32,000 nt of DNA from Erysipelotrichaceae bacterium (GTDB lineage: Bacteria; Bacillota_I; Bacilli_A; Erysipelotrichales; Erysipelotrichaceae), in contig OY760660.1 in assembly GCA_963663995.1 (NCBI GenBank), positions 30,001 to 62,000 on the forward strand. The letters run 5' to 3'. Below are positions 17,032 through 25,708 of the stretch, one piece after another; within the stretch, counting starts at the first letter, position 1; each line of letters begins with the position of its first letter. Both the position numbers and the translations under genes were made by a program. Below the pieces are notes generated by a model. That model was not told where the DNA came from. It was given only the letters and a program-made list of their open reading frames with translations, and did no database searches.

Positions 17032-17094
17032 GGACAAGTAACTTGAAGAGTCATGTTTTTTTGACTGTTATTAGGAAAGGGTTAGAGTGATTGT

Positions 17095-18387
17095 ATGTCG
17101 TTTATGACAGGGCCTGGAAGACAACATTTAGAAGGCCATAAGAAGTTAACTGCGTACACTGATATCGTGCAAGTTAAACCCAAATCAGAAGTCTATGTAC
17201 CATTAGATAATGGTGCTGGTTATACTTTTGAAGCTGCTGTTAAAGAGGGCGATAAAGTAGAATTAGGACAATATTTGGGCAAATGGGGAGGACGTTTTGA
17301 AGTCCCTATCTTTGCACCTGTTTCAGGTACAGTTGGTACCACTAAAAAAATGATGCATGCGGCGTTAAAACCAATTGAGCATTTAGTGATTACTGACGAT
17401 AAAAAATATACTGCTGTTCAATCTTTTAAACCACTAGATTACTCACGTGCTACACGTGAAGAATTAGTTGAGTTTATGAAGAATGCAGGAATAGTAGGGA
17501 TGGGAGGCGCTGGTTTTCCAACTTACGTTAAATATTCAAAAGTAGATGGAATTCATACTTTATTAATTAATGGAGTAGAGTGTGAACCATATATTACAGC
17601 TGATGATCGTTTAATGCATGATTATAAAGATCTCGTATATACCGGTGTTTTAGCTCTCTTAAAAATGAGTGGTGCAAATAAAGCGGTAATTGCGGTAAAG
17701 AAATATAAAAAAGAATTAATGGCTGAATTAAGAGAAATGTTTAAGAGCCATTCAGAAGTAGAAATCTTTGGTGCGCCAGATGTTTATCCAATGGGTTGGG
17801 AACGTACTCTTGTTTATGAGTATGCAAAAAAACGTTACAATCGTTTACCAGGTGAAATTGGTATTATTGTCAATAACATCACGACTGCCATTGTATTTGC
17901 GAATGCACTTTTAAATGGTATGGGCGTCACTGAAAAGTTAGTTACTTTTTCAGGTGATGGTTTAAAGAAAAACGCAAACGTTAAAGTACCTTATGGTACA
18001 CCAGTTAGTGATATCGTTAATGCACTAGGTGGTTATTCTTCTGAATCAGTTTTATTAATTGCTGGTGGTCCAATGATGGGGCGCACAATGACAACTGATG
18101 CGATTGTTGTTCATACTTATTCAAATGCCATGACAATTGTTAAACATGAACCTATTGAAGCGATGGAATGTTTACGCTGCGGTCGTTGTAATGATGCTTG
18201 TCCAGCAGGTTTATTACCAGTTCGTATTAATAACGCAGAAAGCGCAAAAGATTTAGATCTTATTGTGAAATTAGCTGCTGATCAATGTATTGAATGTGGA
18301 CTATGTTCATATGTATGTCCTTCAAAAATTGATGTTACTGAAGGTGTGAGACGTGCGAAACGTGCGTTATTACTAAGAAAGCGATAG
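17095..18387 (+). CDS. rnfC: Rnf electron transport complex subunit C
   Basis: 430 aa with GMGGAGFPT (NADH/FMN site) and two 4Fe-4S motifs, CLRCGRCNDACP and CIECGLCSYVCP. Confidence 0.93.
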   Translation: MSFMTGPGRQHLEGHKKLTAYTDIVQVKPKSEVYVPLDNGAGYTFEAAVKEGDKVELGQYLGKWGGRFEVPIFAPVSGTVGTTKKMMHAALKPIEHLVITDDKKYTAVQSFKPLDYSRATREELVEFMKNAGIVGMGGAGFPTYVKYSKVDGIHTLLINGVECEPYITADDRLMHDYKDLVYTGVLALLKMSGANKAVIAVKKYKKELMAELREMFKSHSEVEIFGAPDVYPMGWERTLVYEYAKKRYNRLPGEIGIIVNNITTAIVFANALLNGMGVTEKLVTFSGDGLKKNANVKVPYGTPVSDIVNALGGYSSESVLLIAGGPMMGRTMTTDAIVVHTYSNAMTIVKHEPIEAMECLRCGRCNDACPAGLLPVRINNAESAKDLDLIVKLAADQCIECGLCSYVCPSKIDVTEGVRRAKRALLLRKR

Positions 18388-18399
18388 GAGGAGAAAACT

Positions 18400-19905
18400 A
18401 TGAAATTTAATTTTAGGGTATCACCTAACTATCGTGCTCCACTCAGTACGCAACGTATTATGTTTGAATTAACTTTAGGTATCTTAGTGGTCCTAGGTTA
18501 TAACGTTTATTTCTATTTTGCTCATTTAGGGGCAGATTATGGTATTCATGCTTTAGCAATGATTGTAACAGCTGTTGTTGTTGCAGTTGGAACTGAAATG
18601 GTTTGGGCTATTGCTTTTAAGAAAAAACCAATTAAATATGTTCTTAATTCTTTCCCATGGGTAACAGCTTTACTTTTCGTCGGAATGATGGGGATCAATA
18701 AACCAGTTTATGTGGTTATTGTTGGTACATTTGTTGCGATTTTAGTCGGTAAATTACTCTTTGGTGGATTTGGTTTTAATATTTTTAACCCAGCTGGGGT
18801 AGGACGTGCATTTGTTGTTCTATCATTTGGTGGTTTAGTCTTCTCAGGTTTCCCTGATGTTGTAACAGGCGCTACACCTAATACAGTTATGGAAGCACTA
18901 GGTTGGGTTATTAATGATCCAGCCGCAGTTGCAAGCTACTTAGAACAATTTGGTGGTCTATGGGGACTAGTAACTGGTGGATATGTGGGCGCAATTGGAG
19001 AAACTAATTCACTCCTTATCTTAGCGGTTGGTATTTATTTATCTGTTCGTGGCATTATTGACTGGAGAGCACCAGCTGCTTTCTTAGTGTCATTATTTGT
19101 CTTTGCTTCTGCCATCGCTTTATGGCATGGAATGGGACTTTGGTATCCTGTTTATCACTTGGTAACCGGTGGTGTTATGTTTGGGGCTATCTTTATGTTA
19201 ACTGACCCAGTCACTTCACCAACATCTATCTCAGGTCGTTTGATTTTCTCTATTGGTGTAGCTTTCTTAGTTGTCCTAATGCGTGTTAAAGCAAACTTAC
19301 CTGAAGGCATGATTCGTTCTATATTATTTATGAATATGCTTTCACCAATGTTAGATCAACTAACAGATGGTCAAAGTTATGTTAATCTCAAGAAAAATAT
19401 CGCAAAAGTTGCGGGCGTATTTGCAGCATCGCTTGCGGTTGTATTAGTCTTTGCTTCAATGATTGATTATATCGAGCCAAAAGCAGAAGAAGCACAAGAA
19501 CATGAGATTATTGTTGTTTTAGGTCATTCAGTATCGGTCTTAGATTACTCAACTACAAGTTCTGAGATTGTATCTCAAACTGAAAATGGTCATCTAATTA
19601 CATTTGTTGTAAATTCTCCAGGCTATGAAGTTCTTGAAAGCGAATATGCTGAAGATCCAAAACCAAATCAATTTGAAATCGTTGTAGATACAGATACCAA
19701 TACTGTTGTAAGTGCGGGTTATATTCAATACAACGATACATATAAAGTTGGAGATAAAACAGATGCAGCTATCTTCTTTGATCAATTCACTGATTACGAT
19801 CTAACACGTACAGACGGTACGATTGATGTTGTTACTGGTGCAACATTCTCTTCTGAGTCTGCTGTAAGAGCACTTGCCACAGTCATTGCGGCATTGGAAC
19901 AGTAA
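18400..19905 (+). CDS. rnfD: Rnf subunit D fused to an extra C-terminal TM helix plus FMN_bind (RnfG-like) domain
   Basis: The RnfD core spans about residues 1-325, with the flavinylation motif VVTGATP (residues 154-160) and TDPVTSP. Residues 335-354 form an additional TM helix. Residues 365-501 are a soluble domain ending in DVVTGATFSSESAV. Confidence 0.9.
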   Translation: MKFNFRVSPNYRAPLSTQRIMFELTLGILVVLGYNVYFYFAHLGADYGIHALAMIVTAVVVAVGTEMVWAIAFKKKPIKYVLNSFPWVTALLFVGMMGINKPVYVVIVGTFVAILVGKLLFGGFGFNIFNPAGVGRAFVVLSFGGLVFSGFPDVVTGATPNTVMEALGWVINDPAAVASYLEQFGGLWGLVTGGYVGAIGETNSLLILAVGIYLSVRGIIDWRAPAAFLVSLFVFASAIALWHGMGLWYPVYHLVTGGVMFGAIFMLTDPVTSPTSISGRLIFSIGVAFLVVLMRVKANLPEGMIRSILFMNMLSPMLDQLTDGQSYVNLKKNIAKVAGVFAASLAVVLVFASMIDYIEPKAEEAQEHEIIVVLGHSVSVLDYSTTSSEIVSQTENGHLITFVVNSPGYEVLESEYAEDPKPNQFEIVVDTDTNTVVSAGYIQYNDTYKVGDKTDAAIFFDQFTDYDLTRTDGTIDVVTGATFSSESAVRALATVIAALEQ

Positions 19906-19920
19906 GGGGGGCTATAGAAA

Positions 19921-20424
19921 ATGAAAAAAATTCTACATTTAACCTTATTCTTAGCGATTGTGTCAGCGATAGCTGGTGCAGCTCTTTCTTTTGTAAATGG
20001 AATGACAAGTCCAATTATTGAAGAAAGAAAAATAGCTACTGTTAAAGCTTCTCTTCAAGAAATTTACCCATCAACTGATGAATTCAAAGAAATTGATTTC
20101 ACAGATGAAAGTGGTGCAGTACAAAATGTTTATGAAGCAGTTGGTGCTGGTTATGCCTTCAACGTAAAAGTTCAAGGTTATGCTAACCCAATTGAGTATT
20201 TAGTTGGTGTTAATCTAGAGGGTGAAGTTGTTGGATTTGTTGTTACATCTGTTAATGACACACCAGGATTAGGATCAAAAGTTGGTGATCCAGAATTCGC
20301 AAATTCAATCATTGGTAATACAATCAGTGGTAGTTTTGATACGATCGCTGGTGCAACGATTTCATCATCAGCTATAACCACAGGACTTGCTCATGCGAGT
20401 GATGTTCTAGAAAGTTTGAAATAA
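19921..20424 (+). CDS. rnfG: Rnf subunit G (FMN-binding)
   Basis: 167 aa with an N-terminal anchor helix and the FMN_bind motif DTIAGATISSSAIT. Confidence 0.9.
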   Translation: MKKILHLTLFLAIVSAIAGAALSFVNGMTSPIIEERKIATVKASLQEIYPSTDEFKEIDFTDESGAVQNVYEAVGAGYAFNVKVQGYANPIEYLVGVNLEGEVVGFVVTSVNDTPGLGSKVGDPEFANSIIGNTISGSFDTIAGATISSSAITTGLAHASDVLESLK

Positions 20425-20433
20425 GGAGGGTTT

Positions 20434-21078
20434 ATGAAACAATTAGCTAATTATGGTTTAAATTTACTCAAAGAAAACCCTGTCTTCGGTTTATACCTTG
20501 GTTTATGTTCCGCACTTGCGATTTCAAACAACTTAAATAATGCGGTTGGGATGGGTGTAGCGGTTATTATCGTTCTAACAATATCCAATGTCTTGGTATC
20601 TGCATTACGTAAGATTACCCCAGATGAAATCCGTATTCCTGTTTATATCGTAATTGTTGCGACTTTAGTTAAGTCAGTTGAACTTCTCATGAAAGCATAT
20701 GCACCTGCACTTGATGCAGCCTTAGGTGTCTTTGTTCCATTGATTGTTGTTAACTGTATTATTCTTGGTCGTGCTGAAGCATTTGCTTCTAAAAATGGTA
20801 TTTTCGCATCTATGTTAGATGGTTTAAATATGGGTCTTGCCTATACATTAAGTTTAATTGCAATCGCAACTGTTCGTCAGTTCTTATCTTCTGGAGGCTT
20901 AAGTTTAAGTAATCCATTCTCTGGCGCAACAATCTTCGAATTTACAGTTATTCCTAGTGCTTATACCATTCCAATCTTTAATCAATCAATCGGTGCGTTC
21001 TTAACCTTTGCATTTCTAGCAGCAGGTGTAGCAGCTATTCGTAGCGCTTCTGATGCTAAGAAAGGAGATCCAGCATAA
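20434..21078 (+). CDS. rnfE: Rnf subunit E
   Basis: 214 aa polytopic protein with GLCSALA...VPLIVVNCIILGRAEAFA. Confidence 0.92.
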   Translation: MKQLANYGLNLLKENPVFGLYLGLCSALAISNNLNNAVGMGVAVIIVLTISNVLVSALRKITPDEIRIPVYIVIVATLVKSVELLMKAYAPALDAALGVFVPLIVVNCIILGRAEAFASKNGIFASMLDGLNMGLAYTLSLIAIATVRQFLSSGGLSLSNPFSGATIFEFTVIPSAYTIPIFNQSIGAFLTFAFLAAGVAAIRSASDAKKGDPA

Positions 21079-21653
21079 TGAATGAACTTATTGCCTTATT
21101 TGTAGGATCAATCCTCATTAATAACGTTGTATTGTCAAAATTCTTAGGTATGTGCCCAGTTATGGGTGTAAGTAGAAAAACAAGCTCAGCGATTGGTATG
21201 GGTGCAGCAGTTACCTTTGTTATCTTTGGTAGTTCAATTATTACTTATGCTATTTATTATCAAATTCTAGTTCGCTTTGGACTTGAATATATGGATTTAA
21301 TTGTCTTTATTGCAGTCATTGCAGCTTTTGTTCAATTTGTTGAAATGATTATTAAGAAGTTCTCACCTATTTTATATAAAGCATTAGGGATTTATCTTCC
21401 ATTAATCACAACAAACTGTGCTGTTCTCTATGTTGCACTTGTTAACATTACTGACAAATTAAGTTTTTCAGAAATGTTAGTCTTCTCATTAGGATCACCT
21501 ATCGGTTTTATGATGATTCTCTATATCTTCTCAACAATTCGTGAACGTTTAGACGGTGCACCTACTCCTAAAGCTTTTATGGGTAATCCAATTGCTTTAG
21601 TTGTAATGGCAATTATGGCAGCTATTTTCACAAGTTTTGCAGGTTTAGTCTAA
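21078..21653 (+). CDS. rnfA: Rnf subunit A
   Basis: 191 aa with FLGMCPVMGVS...LPLITTNCAVL. The start overlaps the upstream stop as TAATG. Confidence 0.92.
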   Translation: MNELIALFVGSILINNVVLSKFLGMCPVMGVSRKTSSAIGMGAAVTFVIFGSSIITYAIYYQILVRFGLEYMDLIVFIAVIAAFVQFVEMIIKKFSPILYKALGIYLPLITTNCAVLYVALVNITDKLSFSEMLVFSLGSPIGFMMILYIFSTIRERLDGAPTPKAFMGNPIALVVMAIMAAIFTSFAGLV

Positions 21654-21654
21654 T

Positions 21655-21828
21655 ATGGAAGCCGTACTACTATTCGCAGGACTTGGAGCTGTATATGCTT
21701 TGGTTTATTATTTAAATCAAAAGACAGCTGTGCCTGAAGGTTGCGAAGTAGCTGATGCCAATTGTGCATCTTGTTCAGTCGGCTCATGCTCAATCAAACC
21801 GTTAATCAATAAGGAGAATCAACTATGA
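21655..21828 (+). CDS. unlisted 57-aa membrane-anchored Cys-rich protein (TM helix plus CX6CX2CX4C)
   Basis: Hand translation gives MEAVLLFAGLGAVYALVYYLNQKTAVPEGCEVADANCASCSVGSCSIKPLINKENQL. The ATG is 1 nt after the rnfA stop, and the stop overlaps the rnfB start as ATGA. There is no clear SD, so expression would depend on translational coupling. Confidence 0.5.
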   Translation: MEAVLLFAGLGAVYALVYYLNQKTAVPEGCEVADANCASCSVGSCSIKPLINKENQL

Positions 21829-22118
21829 TCAATGCAGTGTTAATGATGACAGTTTTAGGTGCTTCCTTAGGTTTATTACTTGCTGTTGCAGGAAAAGTTC
21901 TATATGTAGAAGTCGATACTCGTGTTGAAACGATTATTGCTATGCTACCTGGCTTAAACTGTGGCGCTTGTGGTTTCCCTGGCTGCCAAGGTATGGCAGA
22001 AGGTTTAGTCAATGGTGAAGCAAGCGGTCCTGCTCAATGCAAACCATCAACTGAAGCTCAACGCACACGTATTTCCACTTTCATGGAAACAGGCGAAGAT
22101 CCTGAAACAAACGCATAA
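21825..22118 (+). CDS. rnfB: minimal Rnf subunit B (membrane anchor plus N-terminal Cys-motif domain only, no ferredoxin-type 4Fe-4S domains)
   Basis: 97 aa with a TM helix followed by LPGLNCGACGFPGCQGMAEGLVNGEASGPAQC, the RnfB N-terminal cluster motif. It has an AAGGAG RBS, and a terminator follows directly. Confidence 0.8.
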   Translation: MINAVLMMTVLGASLGLLLAVAGKVLYVEVDTRVETIIAMLPGLNCGACGFPGCQGMAEGLVNGEASGPAQCKPSTEAQRTRISTFMETGEDPETNA

Positions 22119-22129
22119 TATATTAACTT

Positions 22130-22154
22130 AGTCCTAGAAATAGGACTTTTTTTT
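22130..22154 (+). terminator. rnf operon terminator
   Basis: AGTCCTA GAAA TAGGACT followed by T8. Confidence 0.7.
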
Positions 22155-22195
22155 GGACTTTTTGTATTTTGTGCAAATAACAATAGTAGGCAATT

Positions 22196-22561
22196 ATGAA
22201 GGGCGTTATGCAAGCTAGTGCATTCTATGTTGTTTTAATGGGAATATCAGCAGGTTTAATGTTACTGATTTCTTTAGAACACATGCGAATCAATTCAATG
22301 ACTATTCTTAAACAATCACTACAAGAAAGTGCTCATCTTTTAGCTGAAGCAGAAATCAATGATCGTGAAGCTTTAGTTGAATCATATTTATATGAAGCAT
22401 TGAGTCTTAGAAAACCGATTAATGAAAGCTATGAAGTAGAAATCATTAGTTTTATTGCAGATCCTATTGCTCTACGTGTCGCTATTACTGTGACGCCACA
22501 TTATTTAAGTGATGATATGCATTATCGCTTTGAAGAAAGTTTAATCGAGGTAGATTCATGA
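22196..22561 (+). CDS. hypothetical membrane-anchored protein with a pilin/TadE-like N-terminus (first gene of the Tad-like locus)
   Basis: 121 aa beginning MKGVMQASAFYVVLMGISAGLMLLISL and followed by a soluble domain. The N-terminus parallels that of the 25852 gene. Confidence 0.45.
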   Translation: MKGVMQASAFYVVLMGISAGLMLLISLEHMRINSMTILKQSLQESAHLLAEAEINDREALVESYLYEALSLRKPINESYEVEIISFIADPIALRVAITVTPHYLSDDMHYRFEESLIEVDS

Positions 22562-23262
22562 CAAAGAAAAAAAGTTTGATTATTTTAAGTAGTTCATTAG
22601 TCTTTGCGTTCTTATGTTTTGCATTAAGTTACATTTATATACAAACACAATTAGAACTTGTTGATGTGGTTGTTAGTACACATCATTTAAAGGCTCGACA
22701 AATAATCGAGGATGAAGACGTAAAAATTATACAAATGCCATCACATTATGTCTCTTCATTTAATGTCATTGACATTGATGATGTGGTTGGGAAGTATGTT
22801 GTGATTGATGGATTTATACCGTCAAATTCAATGATACATACTTCTACAATTGAAGACTTGGATGAGAGTATTGATCAACCAAGTTTACTTTTAAAAGAAG
22901 ATCAAGCGCTTTTTGCTTTAGATGCTAGTTTATTAACGACGGCTGGAAATAGCTATGTGATTCAACAGAAAGTTGATATTTATGGGGCGATTAAACTACG
23001 TGATAATACGGTTGTTGATCGATTTATCTCATCTGTTCGAATTGTCGGACTTAAAGATAAAAACGGGGATGATGTCGATACACAAAATGATAATTTACCA
23101 AAGGTTATTTTGTTGGCTGTTGATCGTAACATATTACCACTGCTCACTAAACTTGAAGCTATGGGTGATATAAGCCTGAGTGCAAGTAGTTACTTAGTTA
23201 GTGAAGAAGAAAGTTTTGTTCATGAAAGTACAGAACTTTGGATGGTTTTAAATGCTTCATGA
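22558..23262 (+). CDS. CpaB/RcpC-like Flp pilus assembly protein (TM anchor plus SAF-like domain)
   Basis: 234 aa with an N-terminal TM helix, then VDVVVSTHHLKARQIIEDEDVKIIQMPSHYV and DDVVGKYVVIDGFIPSNSMI, resembling the CpaB SAF domain pattern. Confidence 0.6.
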   Translation: MTKKKSLIILSSSLVFAFLCFALSYIYIQTQLELVDVVVSTHHLKARQIIEDEDVKIIQMPSHYVSSFNVIDIDDVVGKYVVIDGFIPSNSMIHTSTIEDLDESIDQPSLLLKEDQALFALDASLLTTAGNSYVIQQKVDIYGAIKLRDNTVVDRFISSVRIVGLKDKNGDDVDTQNDNLPKVILLAVDRNILPLLTKLEAMGDISLSASSYLVSEEESFVHESTELWMVLNAS

Positions 23263-24265
23263 GTTAAATTTTGGTTTACTTCAAAAGTATATTGAAGATC
23301 CAATGATCACTGATATTAACTACAATGGAAAACAATTGTGGATTGACCATCTCTCTAAAGGTCGCTATGCAATTGATGATTTTAAAGCCCACGAGTTTAT
23401 GCAACAACTGGTCTATAAAATTGCGAATCTTGTTAATTTACCTTTCAATAATCAATCACCTGTTATTGAAGCCGAAACGAAAGAATTACGGATTAGTTTA
23501 CTTCATCCCTCTATTGCTAGGGGAGGCATTTCCTTATCAATTAGAAAAACACCTTCGATTTGTCGCTTGCATGACCCCGTTACAGGAATTAAAACATATG
23601 CCCCTAAGTGGGTTATAGAATATTTGCAATCAGCCATTAAAACAGCTAAAAACATTATGGTTTCAGGTTTACCAGGTTCTGGTAAGACAGAACTTGTTAA
23701 ATATTTAATGGAGTTTATTCCGCCAAGTGAAAGAGTTATTACGATTGAAGATACTTTAGAACTAAGGTATGGTGATATTCATCCCCATAAGGATAATGTG
23801 ATGATCAAAATTAAAGAAAACTTTGATTATGAACAAGCAATTAAAAGTTCATTACGGCAAAGACCTAATTGGATATGTATTTCAGAAGTCAGAGGAAAAG
23901 AGATTATTCATTTACTACAAAGTGTTTCAACAGGCACTAAACTCATCTCTACTATTCATGCTGAAAGTGCTTATGCCATACCTTTTCGCATGATGGTGAT
24001 GATGCCAGGATCGGAACTTACTAATCAAAGTTTAAATACATTGATTCACGATACTTTAGATATTGGAATACATATTGATATATGTGTCTCAAAAAATGGA
24101 ATCGTTCGTCGTATTCGTGAAGTCATTAATTATCGAATTGATGAAAACTACAAATGCATTAAGGAGTGTATCTATGATGCCAACAAAGATAATATTGTTT
24201 CTTCAAAAACAAAGACAAAATCTAGGAAATCTGTCAAAAGCACAAATACTACGCATCCTGCTTGA
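23252..24265 (+). CDS. CpaF/TadA-type pilus assembly ATPase (T2SS/T4SS E family)
   Basis: 337 aa with Walker A GLPGSGKTE, ITIEDTLEL, and the Walker B/Asp box RQRPNWICISEVRG, followed by TIHA. Confidence 0.9.
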   Translation: MLHELNFGLLQKYIEDPMITDINYNGKQLWIDHLSKGRYAIDDFKAHEFMQQLVYKIANLVNLPFNNQSPVIEAETKELRISLLHPSIARGGISLSIRKTPSICRLHDPVTGIKTYAPKWVIEYLQSAIKTAKNIMVSGLPGSGKTELVKYLMEFIPPSERVITIEDTLELRYGDIHPHKDNVMIKIKENFDYEQAIKSSLRQRPNWICISEVRGKEIIHLLQSVSTGTKLISTIHAESAYAIPFRMMVMMPGSELTNQSLNTLIHDTLDIGIHIDICVSKNGIVRRIREVINYRIDENYKCIKECIYDANKDNIVSSKTKTKSRKSVKSTNTTHPA

Positions 24266-24962
24266 ATTATTTATCGCTTTACTGTTCTCTGTTTTGTTTG
24301 GATTAGAGATCGAATATTTAATCGCTTTATTTTGTTTAACACTATTTCTAAGTCCAAGTTTTATGCGTTACCAATACTTATATCAAAAAGAAGAAAAAGC
24401 ATTCTTTGAATTAACTGATTTTCTTCAACAATTCGTCGCAGCTTTTAAACAACATCCGAAAATATATTCAAGTTTAATTGAATGTAAAGATGTCAGTCAG
24501 AATCAACTCTTAAAAACAATCAACTCATGGATATCAGCGCTTGAAAAAGGTGGCTATCCAAAAGAGCATGCGCAAAAATTTATTGACTCCTATCCACATT
24601 TTATTGTCGGTAATTTAGTTCATTTAATGTTGGCAGTTGAGGAATTTGGGGCTTCATCCTATGCCGAAGGATTAGAAATCATTCAGGATGATTTAGAAGA
24701 TTGGATAGAAGATACCTATACCTTTAAACAAACACAACTAGCAACAAAAAGGCGAATTGAGTTTTTAGCGTTAATGGCTTTAGGAATTGCTTACTTTAGT
24801 CATTCTATGTTATTTCAAACACGCGCAATAGAAGCATTAGATTTCTATCACATGACAGTTTTTGGGTTTTTAGTATTAATCATATTAACACTATTGATGG
24901 CACATAAAGCTTTATCAACACCATGGATGGACAAACAGGAGCTGATATGGAAAGAATCATAG
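24174..24962 (+). CDS. TadB-like platform protein (T2SS F-domain, half-size)
   Basis: 262 aa with N-terminal TM helices, a cytoplasmic helical domain and two C-terminal TM helices. An AAGGAG RBS lies 7 nt upstream of the ATG at 24174. The 24063 start in the ORF track lies deep inside cpaF. Confidence 0.65.
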   Translation: MMPTKIILFLQKQRQNLGNLSKAQILRILLELFIALLFSVLFGLEIEYLIALFCLTLFLSPSFMRYQYLYQKEEKAFFELTDFLQQFVAAFKQHPKIYSSLIECKDVSQNQLLKTINSWISALEKGGYPKEHAQKFIDSYPHFIVGNLVHLMLAVEEFGASSYAEGLEIIQDDLEDWIEDTYTFKQTQLATKRRIEFLALMALGIAYFSHSMLFQTRAIEALDFYHMTVFGFLVLIILTLLMAHKALSTPWMDKQELIWKES

Positions 24963-25702
24963 CTTGTACACTTGTGATTGCAGTGTGGGTTTATAAAGAT
25001 AAAGAAATCTCAGCACTACTTTTTGGTTTAAGAGAGAAAAAATTAGATTTATATTGTGAAATATTAACTGAGTATAATATTGATAAAATTCATCGAAAAC
25101 GATATAAACAATTATCTCAAGCAAGATTTTTATTGATTCCAATGCTTATCGTGAGTGATGATGTTCTTTTGTTTATATTGAATGTTTTAAGTTTAATCGT
25201 CTTATATAAAATTGAATACTACAAAATTAAATTTAAAGTTAATAAACGAATTAGGCATATCCGTTATCAGTTTCCCATCTATCTAAGACAACTACAGGTA
25301 TTACTACAAAACAATACTGTGACTAAAGCAATTGAAGCATCATTAGATCAAGTTCCAAATTTATTTAAGGAAGATATCGTTTTATTGCATAAAAGATTAT
25401 TAGAGAATCCTATGAATTTGAATGCATACATTGAATGTATGAGTCAGTATGATTTGCCTGAAATACAAAGAGCAATGAAATGGCTATATCGCTATCAAAC
25501 AATTGGAATCTCAGATGTCAATCGACAGTTTAATCGAATGATTACTTCAACCTCTAAATGGTTGAGACAATCACGCATTCAATCGAAAGAACAATCATTA
25601 ACTCTATATCAGTGGTGGGGCATTTTACCTCTCTTTGGAGTCACAATTGTCTTTCTTAGCGCAATGGTTAGTGTTGCGACATCATTTTTTGAAAGGAGGT
25701 AA
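24947..25702 (+). CDS. TadC-like platform protein (T2SS F-domain, half-size)
   Basis: 251 aa. YQFPIYLRQLQVLLQNNTVTKAIEAS resembles the T2SSF core. An AGGAG RBS lies 5 nt upstream of the ATG at 24947, and there are C-terminal TM helices. Confidence 0.65.
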   Translation: MERIIACTLVIAVWVYKDKEISALLFGLREKKLDLYCEILTEYNIDKIHRKRYKQLSQARFLLIPMLIVSDDVLLFILNVLSLIVLYKIEYYKIKFKVNKRIRHIRYQFPIYLRQLQVLLQNNTVTKAIEASLDQVPNLFKEDIVLLHKRLLENPMNLNAYIECMSQYDLPEIQRAMKWLYRYQTIGISDVNRQFNRMITSTSKWLRQSRIQSKEQSLTLYQWWGILPLFGVTIVFLSAMVSVATSFFERR

Positions 25703-25708
25703 CTCAAA

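Noticed and set aside
16297-22012. Shadow ORFs at 16297-16554(+), 16361-16609(-), 19594-19785(-), 20178-20381(-) and 21806-22012(-)
   Set aside because: They are nested within apbE, rnfD, rnfG and rnfB, in other frames or on the other strand. The host genes carry clear family motifs.
21655-22118. Reading the short rnfB plus the upstream mini-ORF as a frameshifted or truncated rnfB pseudogene
   Set aside because: Each ORF has its own N-terminal TM helix and its own Cys motif. rnfB has a strong AAGGAG RBS and a complete N-terminus, and it ends 11 nt before a strong terminator with no ferredoxin-domain remnants in any frame downstream. I therefore treat them as native small genes, though comparison with relatives is needed.
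24063-24173. The upstream 37 codons of the 299-aa ORF in the track (start at 24063)
   Set aside because: That start lies deep inside the ATPase gene and has no RBS. The ATG at 24174 has an AAGGAG RBS 7 nt upstream and begins just before the first TM segment. On similar reasoning I preferred 24947 over 24923, 26249 over the GTG at 26240, 11186 over the GTG at 11180, and 10402 over the TTG at 10405.
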